Shown here piece by piece: positions 26,068 through 39,240 of a stretch of DNA of 63,493 bases. A program made the position numbers and the translations under genes. Origin of the DNA: Phoronis australis (taxonomy: Eukaryota; Animalia; Phoronida); NCBI GenBank assembly GCA_002633005.1, contig NMRA01000276.1, positions 442,100-505,592 on the forward strand, given 5' to 3'. Numbering within the stretch: the stretch's first letter is position 1; every line of letters begins with the position of its first letter. The notes beneath the pieces were generated by a model. It saw only the letters and a program-made list of their open reading frames with translations. It was not told the origin of the DNA and did not search any database.

Positions 26068-27070
26068 CAATTTTTATAAACCCACACACATGTGCACGCG
26101 CGCGCACATATATATGTGCGCGCAGTATGCCATCACACCTGTCTATATGTTCGATATCTATACGTATGGCATGCGATGTCTTCAGTTGTGTGCCCAAAAC
26201 CCCTGGATTAATATTCATGAAATTTTGCAGATATGTACCTATCATGGAGGGGACGGCATGAGTGAATTTTCATATGGATCTGTTTACTGCTGGACCCCTG
26301 TAGGCAAATAGGTATCCATTTGGGAGACAATGTCAGCTTTTCGTTTTTGGATGGATTCAACATTTTGTGCCACCTAGTGTCAATCTTCACTATTTCAGCT
26401 CTTTCTCGGCCAAACCACTCTGAGAATCATTGTGAAACTTGGTATATAGTTTGCTCTACTCTGAGGAGCACAGCTGGTGTTCATTTTTGATGGCTCTATG
26501 GTGCCCTCTTACATTTTTCTTTTCTGTCCTTGGCTGTATCTCCTAAACCTTCAGTATGATCTTTGTTGAATTTGGCAAGTGTATTTTTATGAAGGTGGCA
26601 ACAGATGAGGACGACTTTCAGATGGATCTGACTACCACTGTGACCCCTAGCGTCAATTTTCTTTTTTTGTTTTCGTTTTGTATCTTTAGAGTTCTTTGAA
26701 GGATTGTCATGAAATTTGGCAATTAGTCTTCTATTAAAGGAGCTATGGCATGATCCTGTTTTCAAATGGATTTGTCATAAATTAATGTATACCATCTAGC
26801 AACCATTTTTATTATTTTCAAATGTGTACTTGACATCTGCCGCTCTATTTGCCAAACCATTGTTATGAAACTTGGTGTATGTTTTTCAACTGGGAAAATA
26901 TGATTGTCAGTAAATTTTGGACAGCTTTGATTTCTGTGACAGCTCTTGGCAGCAGTCCTGCAGGATGTTAGTAAAATTGGCAAGTGTATTTTACTATGAA
27001 TGTGTTTACGCATGATGGCGACTTTTGGACATATCTGACTACCATATTGCCTCCAAGTGTGCATTTAGTT
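26068..27070 (+). mobile_element. Older DINE-1/HINE-like copy
   Basis: Degenerate 5' hairpin and internal units with GTGCCACCTAGTG and CATGAAATTTGGCA. Confidence 0.6.
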
Positions 27071-27090
27071 TTTGCATTTTTATCTGTGTC

Positions 27091-27520
27091 TTAAAAGAGT
27101 TCCCACCATGCATTTTCTTAGTTTTTGTGGTTTTAGTAAACCGTTATGAAATGAATACCATAAAATCTAACTAAATGAGCATTTTTATGCCAAATAGTGG
27201 CATTTTTTAATTTTGAACAAAAATTAGTTATTTCCAAGTTTCCCAACAAATGGTGGATGGAAGACATTTGGTCACTTGGCAATCAATTGCAATGGCACAA
27301 CACAGCAGATCAGAAGACGGGGAGGATTTTGAGGGAGAACTGAAGAATTATTATGCAGAGAGAGAGAGGAGAGTGGATATGGGATTCACACTAAAGTACT
27401 AGAAGAATCACACAATGAATTCAATTTTCCACTTAGCGAACTTTCGTCGCCTTTGAGGCCACATGAACTCGACCCACAAGAAATGCTACAGACATATGTG
27501 AGCCACAACCATCTGAATCA
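27091..27520 (+). mobile_element. Kolobok-like left-end remnant with acidic ORF start
   Basis: TTAA-AAGAGTTCCCACCATG resembles the terminus at 30325; decayed MA..EDGEDFEGELKNYY..LRPHELDP parallels the ORF at 30577. Confidence 0.5.
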
Positions 27521-27562
27521 CGGGGTGGTCAGTATTAAAAAATAGACACTTGATAATCACTT

Positions 27563-28170
27563 AGCCCTTATCCTGCGCTAGGCGAGGTCAGCGGACAAGC
27601 CAATTATCCTATTAAAATGCGTCGGGTGTACTCAATTCCCTATATTTAGCTACGGCTAGGCTGCGCAACGATAGTGTACTCACTCCAGGACACTGGTGTT
27701 TTTCATTCAGAAATTGTGAAAGCCTCGTATGCTGTTTATATATGTGAGCATGCGCTTTCCACAGTTCATAGTTTCCTGTACATTTTTCTGATTTACAACA
27801 TATGGCTGTGGTGAGTTGTTGCCGAGATATTTGAAAGTTTACGCAAGTTTTATCTTGGCTGGTGCCAAACATGGTAAGATGACTGTTGACCAGTTTCTTG
27901 AGGAAAGGTTCATGGACTCAGATAGTGAAAACGAGCTGGAATTGGCACTTGAAAGTGATGGTGACAGTGACGGGGAAACTAATACAACAGTCACAAGTAA
28001 TGCAGACTCTATCGATTCGGATCTCAGTGCAATTTTGGAGGAGTTACCGGTCCCTGAAGCTGAACTTGGACGGGCCTACGACGATGCTTGGCTCATGCAA
28101 TTCACGCATAATACAGGGCCTCTGAAACAGGATGGAACTCATTCAGAACTAGATATTTTTGTGACTTTTT
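27563..28170 (+). mobile_element. piggyBac 5' end with transposase N-terminus (truncated)
   Basis: TTAG-CCCTTATCCTGC terminus-like sequence; acidic MDSDSENE.. tract then W..F..NTGP..SELDIF, as in PGBD4-like N-termini. Confidence 0.6.
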
Positions 28171-28424
28171 CACAGAATAGCTTTGTGTCCCCACCCGTGT
28201 TTCAAGTTTTGCACACCAAGGTGAACTTCACTAAAACAGACTTTAGCAAGCAGCTGCACCAGTCATAATTTTGTAATCGTGCAAAGTTGAGGTACTGTGC
28301 ATTCTTGTTTGTAGATGTGATGTTACAAACAATAAATCTGCTTTGTTAAACATGCAAGTCTCATGAATTCCCTTTTAAAAATGCTTATTACGTTTTTTTG
28401 AGTGTCAGCTATAATGTTCTCATG

Positions 28425-28590
28425 TGCGAAAACAGATAAAAACAGAGGAGGCAGTATGGCCTGGTTGATAAGTGCCCGCTTTCTTTACACGAGGTCGTGG
28501 GTTCAAGCCCTACCAGGTCACACTGCTAAACCCTTGAGCCAGGTTTCTAGCTCCTCAGCTCGGTTTTAACCATATATCAATAAAGCATAT
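28425..28590 (+). mobile_element. tRNA-derived SINE fragment
   Basis: A box TGGCCTGGTTG, B box GGTTCAAGCCC, then CCCTTGAGC core-like motif; no intact cloverleaf. Confidence 0.55.
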
Positions 28591-28699
28591 AGACATAAAA
28601 ATATTTCCAGGTGATCAGTGCAGTGGGCCCTCATACGAGGCCTGCGCACGTCTGGTACAACGTATATCACACCGCCTGCAATTATTTAATTATTTATAT

Positions 28700-29545
28700 A
28701 GTGGCAATTTTAGTGTTTTACGTTTACCTCTGTGTCTTCAAAGGTCCTCAGGCTTCTGTTAGTGAGGTGACGCTATGTTTCCGTTTTCAGATAGATTCGA
28801 CATAGTTTGTGCCACCTAGTGGCCATTTTTACTGTTTTCGAGTCTGCTTTTTGGCGTCCACCCCTCTATCAACCAAACCGCTTTCAGGATAATTTTGAAA
28901 ATTGGCATGTATGTTTTTACTATGAAGTGGATGGCTGCGGGCATCTATTAGTGATATGATGCTATCCTTCGATTTTCGCATGGAATCAAGGTACTTTGCG
29001 CCACCTAGTGGCCATTTTTGCTGTTTTTGTGTCTGTTGTTTGGCGTTTACCTCTCTGTCAAGCATATGATTCTAAGGATGGTTTCGAAAATTGACGTATA
29101 TATTCTCAGTGTGAAGAGGACGGTTGATGACGATGACTTTGACTACTCTGGCGCCTCCTAGTGGTAGTTTTGTTTTGTTTTGCGCCCATAGCTGTATCTC
29201 CTAAACCCACTGCAGGAATTTTATTAAATTTTGTAAGTGTATTTATATGAAGCTAACAACAGACAGTGACGACTTTCAGACGGATCCAAGGAACACTGCC
29301 CCCTAGTGGCAATTTCATTTTATACTGTTTTCCTTTGTTTCTCTGAAGTTCCGTGACGGATTTCTATGAAATTTGTTGTATAGCTTTCTATTGAAGAAGC
29401 AACGACATGTTCCCGTTTTCGGACGGATAGTATGTTTTTGTGCCATCTAGTGGCCTTTTTTATGACACAAATAAGCAACCCTAAAAGCACACCATTTGCG
29501 ATGCATTCGTGGGTGCATTTCAACGCTCCACGTTGCTTTTGTTAT
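28700..29545 (+). mobile_element. 5'-truncated DINE-1/HINE-like copy
   Basis: Internal units plus 3' end GTGGGTGCATTT-CAACGCTCCACGTTG-CTTTTGTT. Confidence 0.8.
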
Positions 29546-30324
29546 TGATTCGTGTAAGTTGTTTGTTGCCTGTGTCCCTATCCATACTGCAGTATGAACA
29601 GTGGAAGGTGTCTTTCTATTCAGGAGAGCATTGCTGACTTGTTTTGCTCCTCCTAGAGGCTATCATTAAGTTAACTAGCATTGCTCCCTCTATTGGGACA
29701 GGGAATGTTTAAGATATTGATCATTCCTTGTATCAGTACTGTATGCAATGCACAATGTTGGTGCATATCAACGGTCTGTTCTTGTTAACTGTTGAGGTTC
29801 AGTTAGGGGAAAGTTATTAGTTTTATTTTTAAGCCAAATGTTCCAGAGAGGCGAATTAAGTGGTAATGATATAATAATTTATTTAAGACTAATGTTACCT
29901 GATTTAGTGTTTGCATAGTTTATTTAAGACTAATGTTACCTGATTTAGTGTTTTCATAGTTTTACAGTACTGGTCTGATTTGACAATATAAGGGCATTTA
30001 AAATGGAGAATTTAGTAATCAGGAGATGGGTGTTAAGTAGAGCAATATGGCGGACCAGCGATTACCTGCACATGTTGTTAGGGTCATCACGTTAGGCCCA
30101 CATGCAAGAGCCAAATAAAACAATAGGACGGGAGATTTTCCACTGAAATGATGGGTGCTGCCACTGAAACTCTGTCACTCAAAGGTGAACACGTTTTGTA
30201 CATTTTTTGGAGCTGAAATTTGCACAGATCAAGCATTCACAAATGCATGGATCCTTTCAAGGAACTTTTGATCTTGTAATTTGGAGGTGCACAGTGGGTG
30301 GTAGGCAAAGCAGCAATGTTTTAA

Positions 30325-31288
30325 ACAGTACACACCATGGATTTTTGCACATTTCGAATTACCGGTGGCCACAGACTAAATGTATGACGTAAAATTTAGC
30401 CAAATCCATGATTATTTTGTGTCATTAGCTTGAAATTTTGATTTCTTTTTCAATTTTGCCAATTTTCACATTTCCCGCCATGTGACATCATGGGTTGAAC
30501 ACAAGAGATCAGTGACTAGCATTGAACAACGGCGGAGAGTAGGGAATTTGAAAGCGACAACGATTATGAGCAAGAAATGAACAAATACTATGAAGAAACG
30601 TACGAGAATGGTGGCCAGGATGACGAAATGGGGTTGCACGAAAGCGAGAACGAGTTTGATATGTTTTCAGCTGCGTACTTTTCTACTTTGAGGCCTTACG
30701 AACTGGATCCTCCCGCGAGAGAAGCGGCCTCGGGCTCGGCCAGTCAACCCAGTCATCCAACAGACGATCCTGAATAAAGAGCCGATGTTTCTGAATAGTA
30801 AATATTGTCCTTTATTGAACCAGGCCTTCATCGTAACATCTCCTCTGATTGGAGTCGAAACACGACTCCTCAAAGTGGGCAGAACACAGAGTGGCCCCGG
30901 ACAGAATCGCTTGGTCCACGCTGAGGTCCCACACTCTCGTTCGGCGCACGAAGCGATGCCACTACTGCGCAACTTTGGCGTCCTTCGGAACACCGAGACG
31001 TTCTCCGTCTGACTGCTGTTGCTGCAGCCTCCGCAAACACATCTTTTCATCCCTCTACGAACCTTCTCGACGCTAAATATACTTTACGTTCACTTCACTC
31101 TATACACTTAGTTGCTGATCCGAACAGTGTGCCGAACGACTTGGGTTCAACTCATGACGTTGTACATAATTATTATTTTTTTCAATTTTTACGTGTTTCT
31201 TTATGAGCTGTGCACTAAAGGCACTGAAATCAAGTAAGATATTATGATAAAATTTATTTTGAGGTACTAGAGTCATGTTGCGTACACT
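30325..31288. mobile_element. Internally deleted Kolobok-like transposon with convergent ORF starts
   Basis: TTAA flanks (30321-30324, 31289-31292); imperfect TIRs; minus-strand THAP from 31050 (MKRCVCGGCSN..PKD..W.RFVRRTR..LCSAHFEE); plus-strand acidic ORF 30577 with LRPYELDPPAR. Confidence 0.75.
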
Positions 31289-31405
31289 TTAAGAAAGGGA
31301 ACATTTTGTAAATTTCGCCTGTTGTGTGGAACTTGTGGGTTATTCTCTGGGCTAGTGACAACGCTTTTTGTATTTGTGCAAGCAAGTCTTTTACTGGTTT
31401 TGCAG

Positions 31406-31460
31406 GGCATGCAGTGCAAGCAATTTGGCAGCTTTGTCTGACAGCAACTTGTCTTTATCG
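31406..31460 (+). CDS. AZUL/UBE3A-like E3 ligase, exon B (RACSASNLAALSDSNLSLS)
   Basis: ttttgcag| acceptor, |gtaagt donor; 55 nt, phase 2 in, phase 0 out. Confidence 0.7.
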
Positions 31461-31912
31461 GTAAGTTGAACTAGCCTATGTACCTTGGTGCCTATTGAAA
31501 TTGTTTATTTAATAATTTTTTTTGAGAAAAACCTACAAAATTGAGCGGAACCAGTTCAAAGTTTGACCATGCAGTTGTGATGGTGATACCACCCCATAAC
31601 CAAAACAAAAATTATTTTTAAAGTTCAAAAAATATCTGCAAGATTCCTAGACAACCTACAAAACTGTATTTGGATGGGATATGAAGATATGTTACGTAAA
31701 AATTCACTTTAAACAACTCATCAGTAAAACTAGTAATAAACTGTTCAATCAAATGTATGCCTGCATACCACTGTTAGAGAATTGGGAAAGTTGTTATCAT
31801 CAGATGTGTGGAGAAATGAGTTATCACTGCATACTGTCTTAATTAAGTGAGTTATCATTGCATACTGTCTTAATTAAATTTGTGTATTGTGTTGGACTTG
31901 GAAGCTAAAGAA

Positions 31913-32080
31913 GAGTTCTCCTCTGTCCTGTGGTCAGATTGAGTTCTCCTCTGTCCTGTGGTCAGATTGAGTTCTCCTCTGTCCTGTGGTCAGATTGAGT
32001 TCTCCTCTGTCCTGTGGTCAGATTGAGTTCTCCTCTGTCCTGTGGTCAGATTGAGTTCTCCTCTGTCCTGTGGTCAGATT
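31913..32080. repeat. 28-bp tandem repeat x6 (perfect)
   Basis: GAGTTCTCCTCTGTCCTGTGGTCAGATT. Confidence 0.95.
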
Positions 32081-32182
32081 CCTAACTGGCCAAAAGGCAC
32101 ACAGTCGTACTACCAAATCCATCTCTTGTTTTCACTTTCTAGAAAATTCTCACTTAGTTCTCTGCTCTTTTCTCTATTTTAG

Positions 32183-32239
32183 GCAGCTGCCCCTTTGCGT
32201 TCATATGAGTCGGCCAATACAGAAAACTATCTTGCCAGG
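32183..32239 (+). CDS. AZUL/UBE3A-like E3 ligase, exon C (AAAPLRSYESANTENYLAR)
   Basis: Strong pyrimidine tract with ttttag|, |gtatga donor; 57 nt, phase 0/0. Confidence 0.7.
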
Positions 32240-32374
32240 GTATGAACTATTGATTCACACTGTGTGCAGATCAGTTAAATATTAAATTGTCTTGTCAGAG
32301 TCCTACCGTTACTCATAGCTGTTCATAGCATAATGTTTAAAAACCTGTTTTTGTCAGGAAGACATTTAAGAGGC

Positions 32375-33710
32375 TTTTTATGCGCCCACATACTTCTATG
32401 TGGACTCATTATGCTGTCATCTCCGTCCGTCCGTCCGTCCGTCCGTCCGTCCGTCCGGCATCCGTACGTCTGGCGTCTGGTGTCCGGCGTCCGCTGCTCT
32501 ATCTCCAAAACCGATTGACGTATTTTGCACGTGTTCCTTCCGTGGATGGGATGGCATGAGCGAACTTTCGGACGGATCCGACTATTGATATGCTCCCTAG
32601 TGGCAATTTTAGTTTTTTACGTTTACCTCTGTATCTTCATAAGTCCTGAATGGATTTTCATATAGGCACCTATTAGTGGGATGATGCTATCCACCCGTTT
32701 TCAGATGGATTTGACGTAGTTTGCGCCACCTAGTGGCCATTTCTACTGTCCAGCCCTCTATCAACTAAACCGCTCTAAGCGTGATTGTGAAAATTGGCAT
32801 GTATGTTTTTACTATGAAGAGGATGGTTGACGATGATTTTCCGACGACTTTGACTACTGTGGCGCCTCCTAGTGGCAGTTTTTTTTGCGCCTATGGCTGT
32901 ATCCCCTAAACCGTTTGCTCGATCTTTACTAAATTTAGTAAGTGTATTTATATGATGTAATCAACGGAGGACAATGACTTTTAGACGGATCTGACTACTG
33001 GTGTGCCACCTAGTGGCAATTTTATTTTTTTTACATTTACCTCTGTATATTCAAAGGTCTTCAACGTATTTTCATAAAATTTGGCATACAGGCATCTGTT
33101 AATGAGATGACGCTATCTTCGTTTTCAGATGGATTCGACCTAATTTGTGCCACCTAGTGGCCATTTTTACTGTTTTTGAGTCTGTTTTTTGGCGTCCACT
33201 CGTCCATCAACTAAACCATTTTCAGGGTAATTGTGAAAATTTGCATTTATGTTTTTACTATGAAGTAGACGGCCGACGGCAATTTTCCGACGAGTTCGAC
33301 TACTGTGGCGCTTCCTTGTGGCAGTATTGTTTTTTGCGCTCATGGCTGTATCTATTAAACCGTTTGCATGATCTTTACTTAATTTAGCAAGTTTATTTTT
33401 ATGATGTTGACAATGGACGACGACGACTTTCGGATGGATCTGATTACTGGCGTGCCCCCTAGTGGAAATTTTGGCAGAGGGAACGGATGCCGTGTCCACA
33501 AGTGGCAATTTCATTTTGTTCTGTTTTCCTTTGTTTCTCTGAAGTTCCTTGACAGATTTTTATGAAATTTGGCATGTTCCCGTTTTTGTATGGATTGTAG
33601 GTTTTTGCGCATCTAGTGGCCACTTTTAATGATACAAATAAATAACCCTAAAAGCACACCATTTGGAATGCATTCGTGGGCGTATTTCAATGCTCTGCGT
33701 TGCTCTTGTT
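32375..33710 (+). mobile_element. Complete DINE-1/HINE-like non-autonomous Helentron-type element
   Basis: 5' T-run plus subTIR ATGCGCCCAC with partial inverted copy, (CCGT)n microsatellite, ~140-bp internal tandem units, 3' subTIR GTGGGCGTAT, short hairpin CAATGC..GCGTTG, ends CTTGTT; no TSD. Confidence 0.8.
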
Positions 33711-33829
33711 ATTACAGTCGGTTAACGTTCTTAGTTGGTTGTCTCTCCATTGTAATATAGTGTTGTCTCTCCATTGTAATATAGTGTTCCCTCTTGAGGT
33801 ATATTTGCCATTGGAGATTGTCAAGTTGA

Positions 33830-35680
33830 GTTATGTGCTCACGTATACATAAGTGGGTGCATATTGTGGTCATGTATGGTGGGTGTGAAGCGTCTGTTGC
33901 TGTATCTCCTAAACTCCTTACAGGATCTTAATGTGATTTGGCAGATATGTTCCTTTTAAGCTGACGATAGATGATGAGTTTCATACCGTTCTTGCTAGTG
34001 CTCTGCTCCCTTGTATTTTTTAAATGTTTTACCTCTGTATCTTCTGAGTTCCTTCATAGATTTTCAGGAAATTTGGCAAATTGGGTTTTATTAAGGCGAC
34101 GATGTCGCCTACCAATTTTTGAATGGATCTGCATATTTTGCACCACCTAGTGACCATTTTTGTAATTTGTGTGCCTGTTTGTGGCGTCTGCTTTTCTATC
34201 TGCTGAATGCCTTGAAGTATCATAAGAACTGGCTGATGTGTTTTTGCTGTAAAGACTATAGCTCACATTGATCTTGGGACGAACCAGACTACTGTCGCGC
34301 CCCTCGTGGGAATTTATTTTTTCACCTCTGTATCTTCAGTATTCCTAGAGATATTTTTCATGAAATTTTGCTGGTAGGTTTCTCTTATGGGGATGACTGC
34401 TACTTCCCATTTGCAGATGTATTCCTTGTATTCTGTACCACTTAATGGCCATTTTAAATTATTTATGAGTCTGTTCTTTCCCATCTGGGTCTCAATCTGC
34501 CAAACTGCCTGGAGAGTCATTATTGAAATGGGCAGATGTGTTCCTGCTGAGAGGATTAGGTTGATTTTGGGACGAGCCCAGTTACTGTGGCAATTTCGGG
34601 TTTTTTTTGCATCTGTGGGTGTATTTCCTTAACCCATTTTAGGATCTTTGTGAAATTTTGTGTTTTCTTATGAATGTAACGAGTGGTGATGATGCCTTTT
34701 GGACGGATCTGACTGTTGCTGTGTCCCCTACAGGGAATTTCATTTCTTTTACATTCAATTCCTTATCTTCAGAGATCCTGGAGAGATTTTCATGAACTTT
34801 TGCAAATATGCTTCAATTGCAAAGACGAAGACATACTCCCATTTTTGTATCTATTTGATATGTTCTGCACCCCCTATTGTCCATTTCCATTACTTATGAG
34901 TATTATTTGGTGTCTGCCTCTCCATCTGCCAAACTCCTTGAAAGATCATTTTGTGTAAATTTACAGACACATTCCTACTGAGAGAACCACCACGTTCCTT
35001 TTCAATGGGTTTGAATACTGTGACACCCCTAATGGCAACTTTGTTTTTTGCTTCCACAGCTCTTGACTATCTCTTTATCCTTTGCAGGATCTTTGCTAAG
35101 TTTGCAAATTGTTTTTGTTTCTCACAACGGATGATGACCTTACGTTTACCTCTGTATCTTCAGATTTTCCTGACAAAATTTCGTGAAATTTGTCAAATAT
35201 GTTTCTATTACAGATATGGCAACACATTTCGATCTTCAGACATATTTGACGCCACCTAGCAGCCATTTTTATTATTTTCAAGTCCGTTTCTAGCATCAGT
35301 CTCTCTGTCAACTTTTAGAAAATTTTGAATATTTTGCTACTGATATCAACAAGACTGATTTTCAGCTGGGTCTGTTGTTAAGTTTTGTGTTTTCTTGTAC
35401 GTCCACAGCTGTAGCTGCCAAACCCCTGGCAAGATGTTTGTGAAATTTGATTAGTGTATTCCTATGAACATTACAAGACAAATCAATGTCTTTCTGATGG
35501 ATCCGACTAGTGCTGTGACTCATAGTGGCAATTCCTTTTTGGATATTTACGTTTGTATCTTTGGACATCCTGTATTTATTATCATTACATTTGGCAAATA
35601 GGTTCATATTAGGGGGGTGGTAAGACATCCTCATTTTTTGGACAAGTTCAACATATTCTGTGCCACCTAGTGACTGACTG
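33830..35680 (+). mobile_element. Older, diverged DINE-1/HINE-like copy
   Basis: Degenerate 5' hairpin and about 10 diverged internal units. Confidence 0.6.
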
Positions 35681-35945
35681 TTTTTTGATGCATACCATTT
35701 GCTGCGCCACCTTATGGCTGTTTTTTGATACTAATGAAAACCCCTAGATGCATACCATTTGTTGCGCCACCTTATGGCTGTTTTTTATGCCAATGAATAC
35801 CCCTAGATGTATACCATTTGCAGCGCCACCTTATGGCTGTTTTTTATGCCAATGAATACCCCTAGATGCATACCATTTGCAGCGCCACCTTATGGCTGTT
35901 TTTTATGCCAATGAATACCCCTAGATGCATACCATTTGCAGCAGT
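35680..35945. repeat. ~59-bp minisatellite derived from the HINE 3' region
   Basis: Unit CCCTAGATGCATACCATTTGCAGCGCCACCTTATGGCTGTTTTTTATGCCAATGAATAC, about 4.5 copies. Confidence 0.9.
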
Positions 35946-36063
35946 GCAGTTGTTGGTGCTCCTGTTGTGTCCTTCCTTAATTACCCAGTGTGACTATGAC
36001 TGTGCATTGGTTTACTTTTTGGAATATTCCCCTGTATACACTGTTCTTCATTGTTTCACACAG

Positions 36064-36160
36064 ATTGTATTTGAACAGCTGGTTAAACGATATTACTACC
36101 AGCTGACCTCTGGCTGTGGACGTAGTGATTGTAGGAACAAGTTCTGTAAGACTTGCAAAG
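36064..36160 (+). CDS. AZUL/UBE3A-like E3 ligase, exon D (AZUL N-half)
   Basis: IVFEQLVKRYYYQLTSGCGRSDCRNKFCKTCK matches the AZUL pattern RYYxQLTxGCGxxxCxNxFC; cacag| acceptor and |gtgagt donor; phase 0 in, 1 out. Confidence 0.92.
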
Positions 36161-36617
36161 GTGAGTCCTAGAGAGGTTACCTGGGTTGATCAGGTGCAGC
36201 AGACGATCACAAAGTGTTGGTGTAGGAGTGAGGGCTATTAAAGTTGGAAAATTTTTTCAAAGTTGTACAGCTTTTGTGCAACCCTGTCAGACTAAATCTA
36301 CCGCATTCTGCCATGTAAACACCCATGGCTGTTATGGGAGGTGTATACACTGATCAAATCTCCAGGTTCCTGTCAAAAATAAATAAAACAAGGGTAACAA
36401 CTAGTTAGACATGACTCTGAAAGCGAGACAAAATCGAAAAAAGAGTTTTTATCATATTTGTTTTTTTAATATTGTTTTTTTAATTTTCAAGATTATATTT
36501 GTTTTTTTTAATATTGTTTTTTAATTTTCAAAAAGTCAAATTTTGCCTCTATTTTTTCAAAACGTACTGGCATTATCAAAATGCAGAAAGTTGGGTTTGG
36601 ATGTTAAATGTGGCTTA

Positions 36618-36870
36618 GGTGTTCATAGTTTACATGTTCATCCAAAAGCCCCCTAATTAAGTATACAACCACCTGACCTTTCAAGGGTGTTCATACATGT
36701 TCATCCAAAAGTCTACTAATTAATTATACAACCACCTGACCTGTCATGGGTGTTCATACATGTTCATCCAAAGGCCCATTGATTAAGTATACAACTACCT
36801 GACCTGTCATGGGTGTTCATACATGTTCATCCAAAAGCCCACTCACTGAGTATATGACCACCTGACCTAT
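36618..36870. repeat. ~62-bp minisatellite x4
   Basis: CATACATGTTCATCCAAAAG..ACAACCACCTGACCTGTCATGGGTGTT units. Confidence 0.85.
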
Positions 36871-37056
36871 CTATGGTTTTTCAATACTCGAATATTCACC
36901 TTCCGGCATGTTTTTCAAGAAATGTTGAGAATGCTACATTTAACAAAATTTGCATTGGAATGAGTGGTAGAACTGCAGGACCTCGTGGATTTTTTGATGA
37001 ATTTTTTTCATGAGTCTGGGAGTACTGGGCGCTTAACGAACTTCATTCAAAAGTTG

Positions 37057-37155
37057 AGTTGGGCATTACAACGAGCAGTAGGTTGGGCATTACAACAAGC
37101 AGTAGGTTGGGCATTACAACAAGCAGTAGGTTGGGCATTACAACGAGCAGTAGGC
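37057..37155. repeat. 24-bp tandem repeat x4
   Basis: GTTGGGCATTACAACAAGCAGTAG. Confidence 0.9.
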
Positions 37156-37566
37156 GTTTACATGACAGAATACAGTACATTACTGACTCTGGAACTTGTT
37201 CATCCAGTTTATCTAATAAAGTGGTATTCATGAAGTTTTCTCACAATACCTTCAAATTAATTATGGGACTAGTTTTTGGTCATAGTAACACCAGAAAATT
37301 AAAAATGAAAACTAATGCAAGTAGTCAACATTTTGGTTGATTGACATCAAACCATCAAAGCAATGTTACTAACAGCAATACAACCAAAACATTAAGTGAA
37401 CGTCTCAATCCATGAGTAGTTCTGGTAAGCGACAAGGCAGTGATCAGAATAACTAAACCATGTGCCTCAACATTTGTGTTGAGTGAGCTCTCGGCATGTT
37501 TGATGCTATAAGATTCACTGATACAGAGCTTAAACCTGTTGGGGTTAAGACTCAAATGTAAATTAA

Positions 37567-39240
37567 AGGAGCATGCCACCCAAAAAACAAACCTAATTTG
37601 TATCAATTTAGATCGAGTAGTTCTACTCCATAACGACACGTACGGTAGCGTTACCTGACGGCAGATGGAGGTGTTGAAATTATCCAATGACGTCATCGGT
37701 TTCACACGCAGTCTGTTCAGCAGTTCACAACATGGGTTACTGGTGTCAGCTTATCGCTTGAATTCATCGTTTAACACCAATTATTCCTCAAATTTCGACA
37801 TAAAACCCTTAAAAATACACCGAGATCTTATAAAAACGTGTTGTTTTATTTCGCTGTTACGGATTTGTTGGTATTTGGACACGTAGCCTCCAAAGTTCAG
37901 CAGGCCAATAAGGTCCGTAGAAGGAGTTTGGGGTCTGTTCGGAGACAAATTTGAAATATTTTCCGTGAGATACAGACAGGAGAACCCAGATCTGTGTTGT
38001 TTAGTCTTGTGATTTTTTGAGTTCTAAACACACAAAACACTTGTTATCCTGGCCAGTGGCTCGGAACCCGATCAGGCCCGTCGCGGCCGGCCAGATTGAC
38101 TCGTTATCCCGGCCATTGGCTTGGAAACTGATATAGACATCACGAACATAAACCAGCCAAAGATGGAAACTGAACTTCCAGTCAAGAAAATACTATACTA
38201 GTGAGCCAAAGTAATGTGCACGTGATTATGTTGGTGAATTGCCCACGAAACTGCAAATCTACTTACTCGTCGGAAGCGCCGAATTCAGGTTCCGCTTTGG
38301 CCACAGCACCGTCAGGGCAGAATTTGTACATTGATAATCATTATTTTAATAATGTAACTGTAAATAAAGACTCCCCTAACACCAGGCCGTGGGGTGGAAA
38401 TCGACTGAGTTGTTTCACAACAGTTTCTGCCAGCAAACACTAAATTAGCGTGAGCTCACACGGTCTCGGTGTCCCGTCAATTAGTTTTATTGCACCTAAA
38501 GGCGGTAACGCAGTGATTTATTCATTGCTGGCTTCTCAAATCATTTGCACTCACGAACACTCCAAAGGCGTTACAAATTGCATCTATTGAGGCAGACTTT
38601 CAGTTTTATATAAGTATTGGTTGGGGTGACAATAATTCATTTTGAAATAGAACGCTCAGTAATAAACATCAACATGGCAACTCGCAATCCCGACTTAGAC
38701 GAGAGCTCATCCGAGTCGATCCCTACGAAGACTTCGCAGGTGGATCGTTAAGTTTCACAGACTATCAATTCGAACAGGAATACAGTGATGATGAAATACT
38801 AGAGAGGCGCCTTGAACAAGCTCAGACAACGGAACGTATGGATTGGATAAGCCGGCATTCGTCAGGCACTGTCGACAACTGCAGGCCACAGACACGGAGA
38901 TGTTTCACGGCCTCGTACTTGCTATTTACAGCGTACTTATCATTCTTCACAACCACGAGCCACTTCCTAAGCATTTTGGTCTCTCGAGGAAGTCGAAAAA
39001 ATGATATACCCGCTTTACTCGCAGCTGCATAGTTCGGACAAGCGGAAACGATGCACCGCAACTTAGCGGCATTCACTCTGTATATGAACCACTGACGTCG
39101 CTAGCATCGTTTCTCACCTTCCTCACAGGTTAACGCGACACCTCTTGGCAAGGTAAGGTCGACCGTATGCGAAGCGATGTGGATATAGACCGATTAAGAC
39201 GGCAAAAAAGACTAATTAAATCGGGTGGCATTCTCAACAT
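37567..39240. mobile_element. Kolobok-like deletion derivative (possibly nested) with THAP and acidic ORF starts
   Basis: TTAA-AGGAGCATGCCACCC, inverted GGGTGGCATTCTC at ~39226; minus THAP RCIVSACPN..FFRLPRE..RKWL..LRVCG (38870-39060); plus ORF from 38674 with DYQFEQEYSDDE. Confidence 0.65.

Noticed and set aside
28425-28520. Functional tRNA gene (also 16893-16970)
   Set aside because: A/B boxes are present but there is no complete acceptor/anticodon cloverleaf; treated as SINE-derived.
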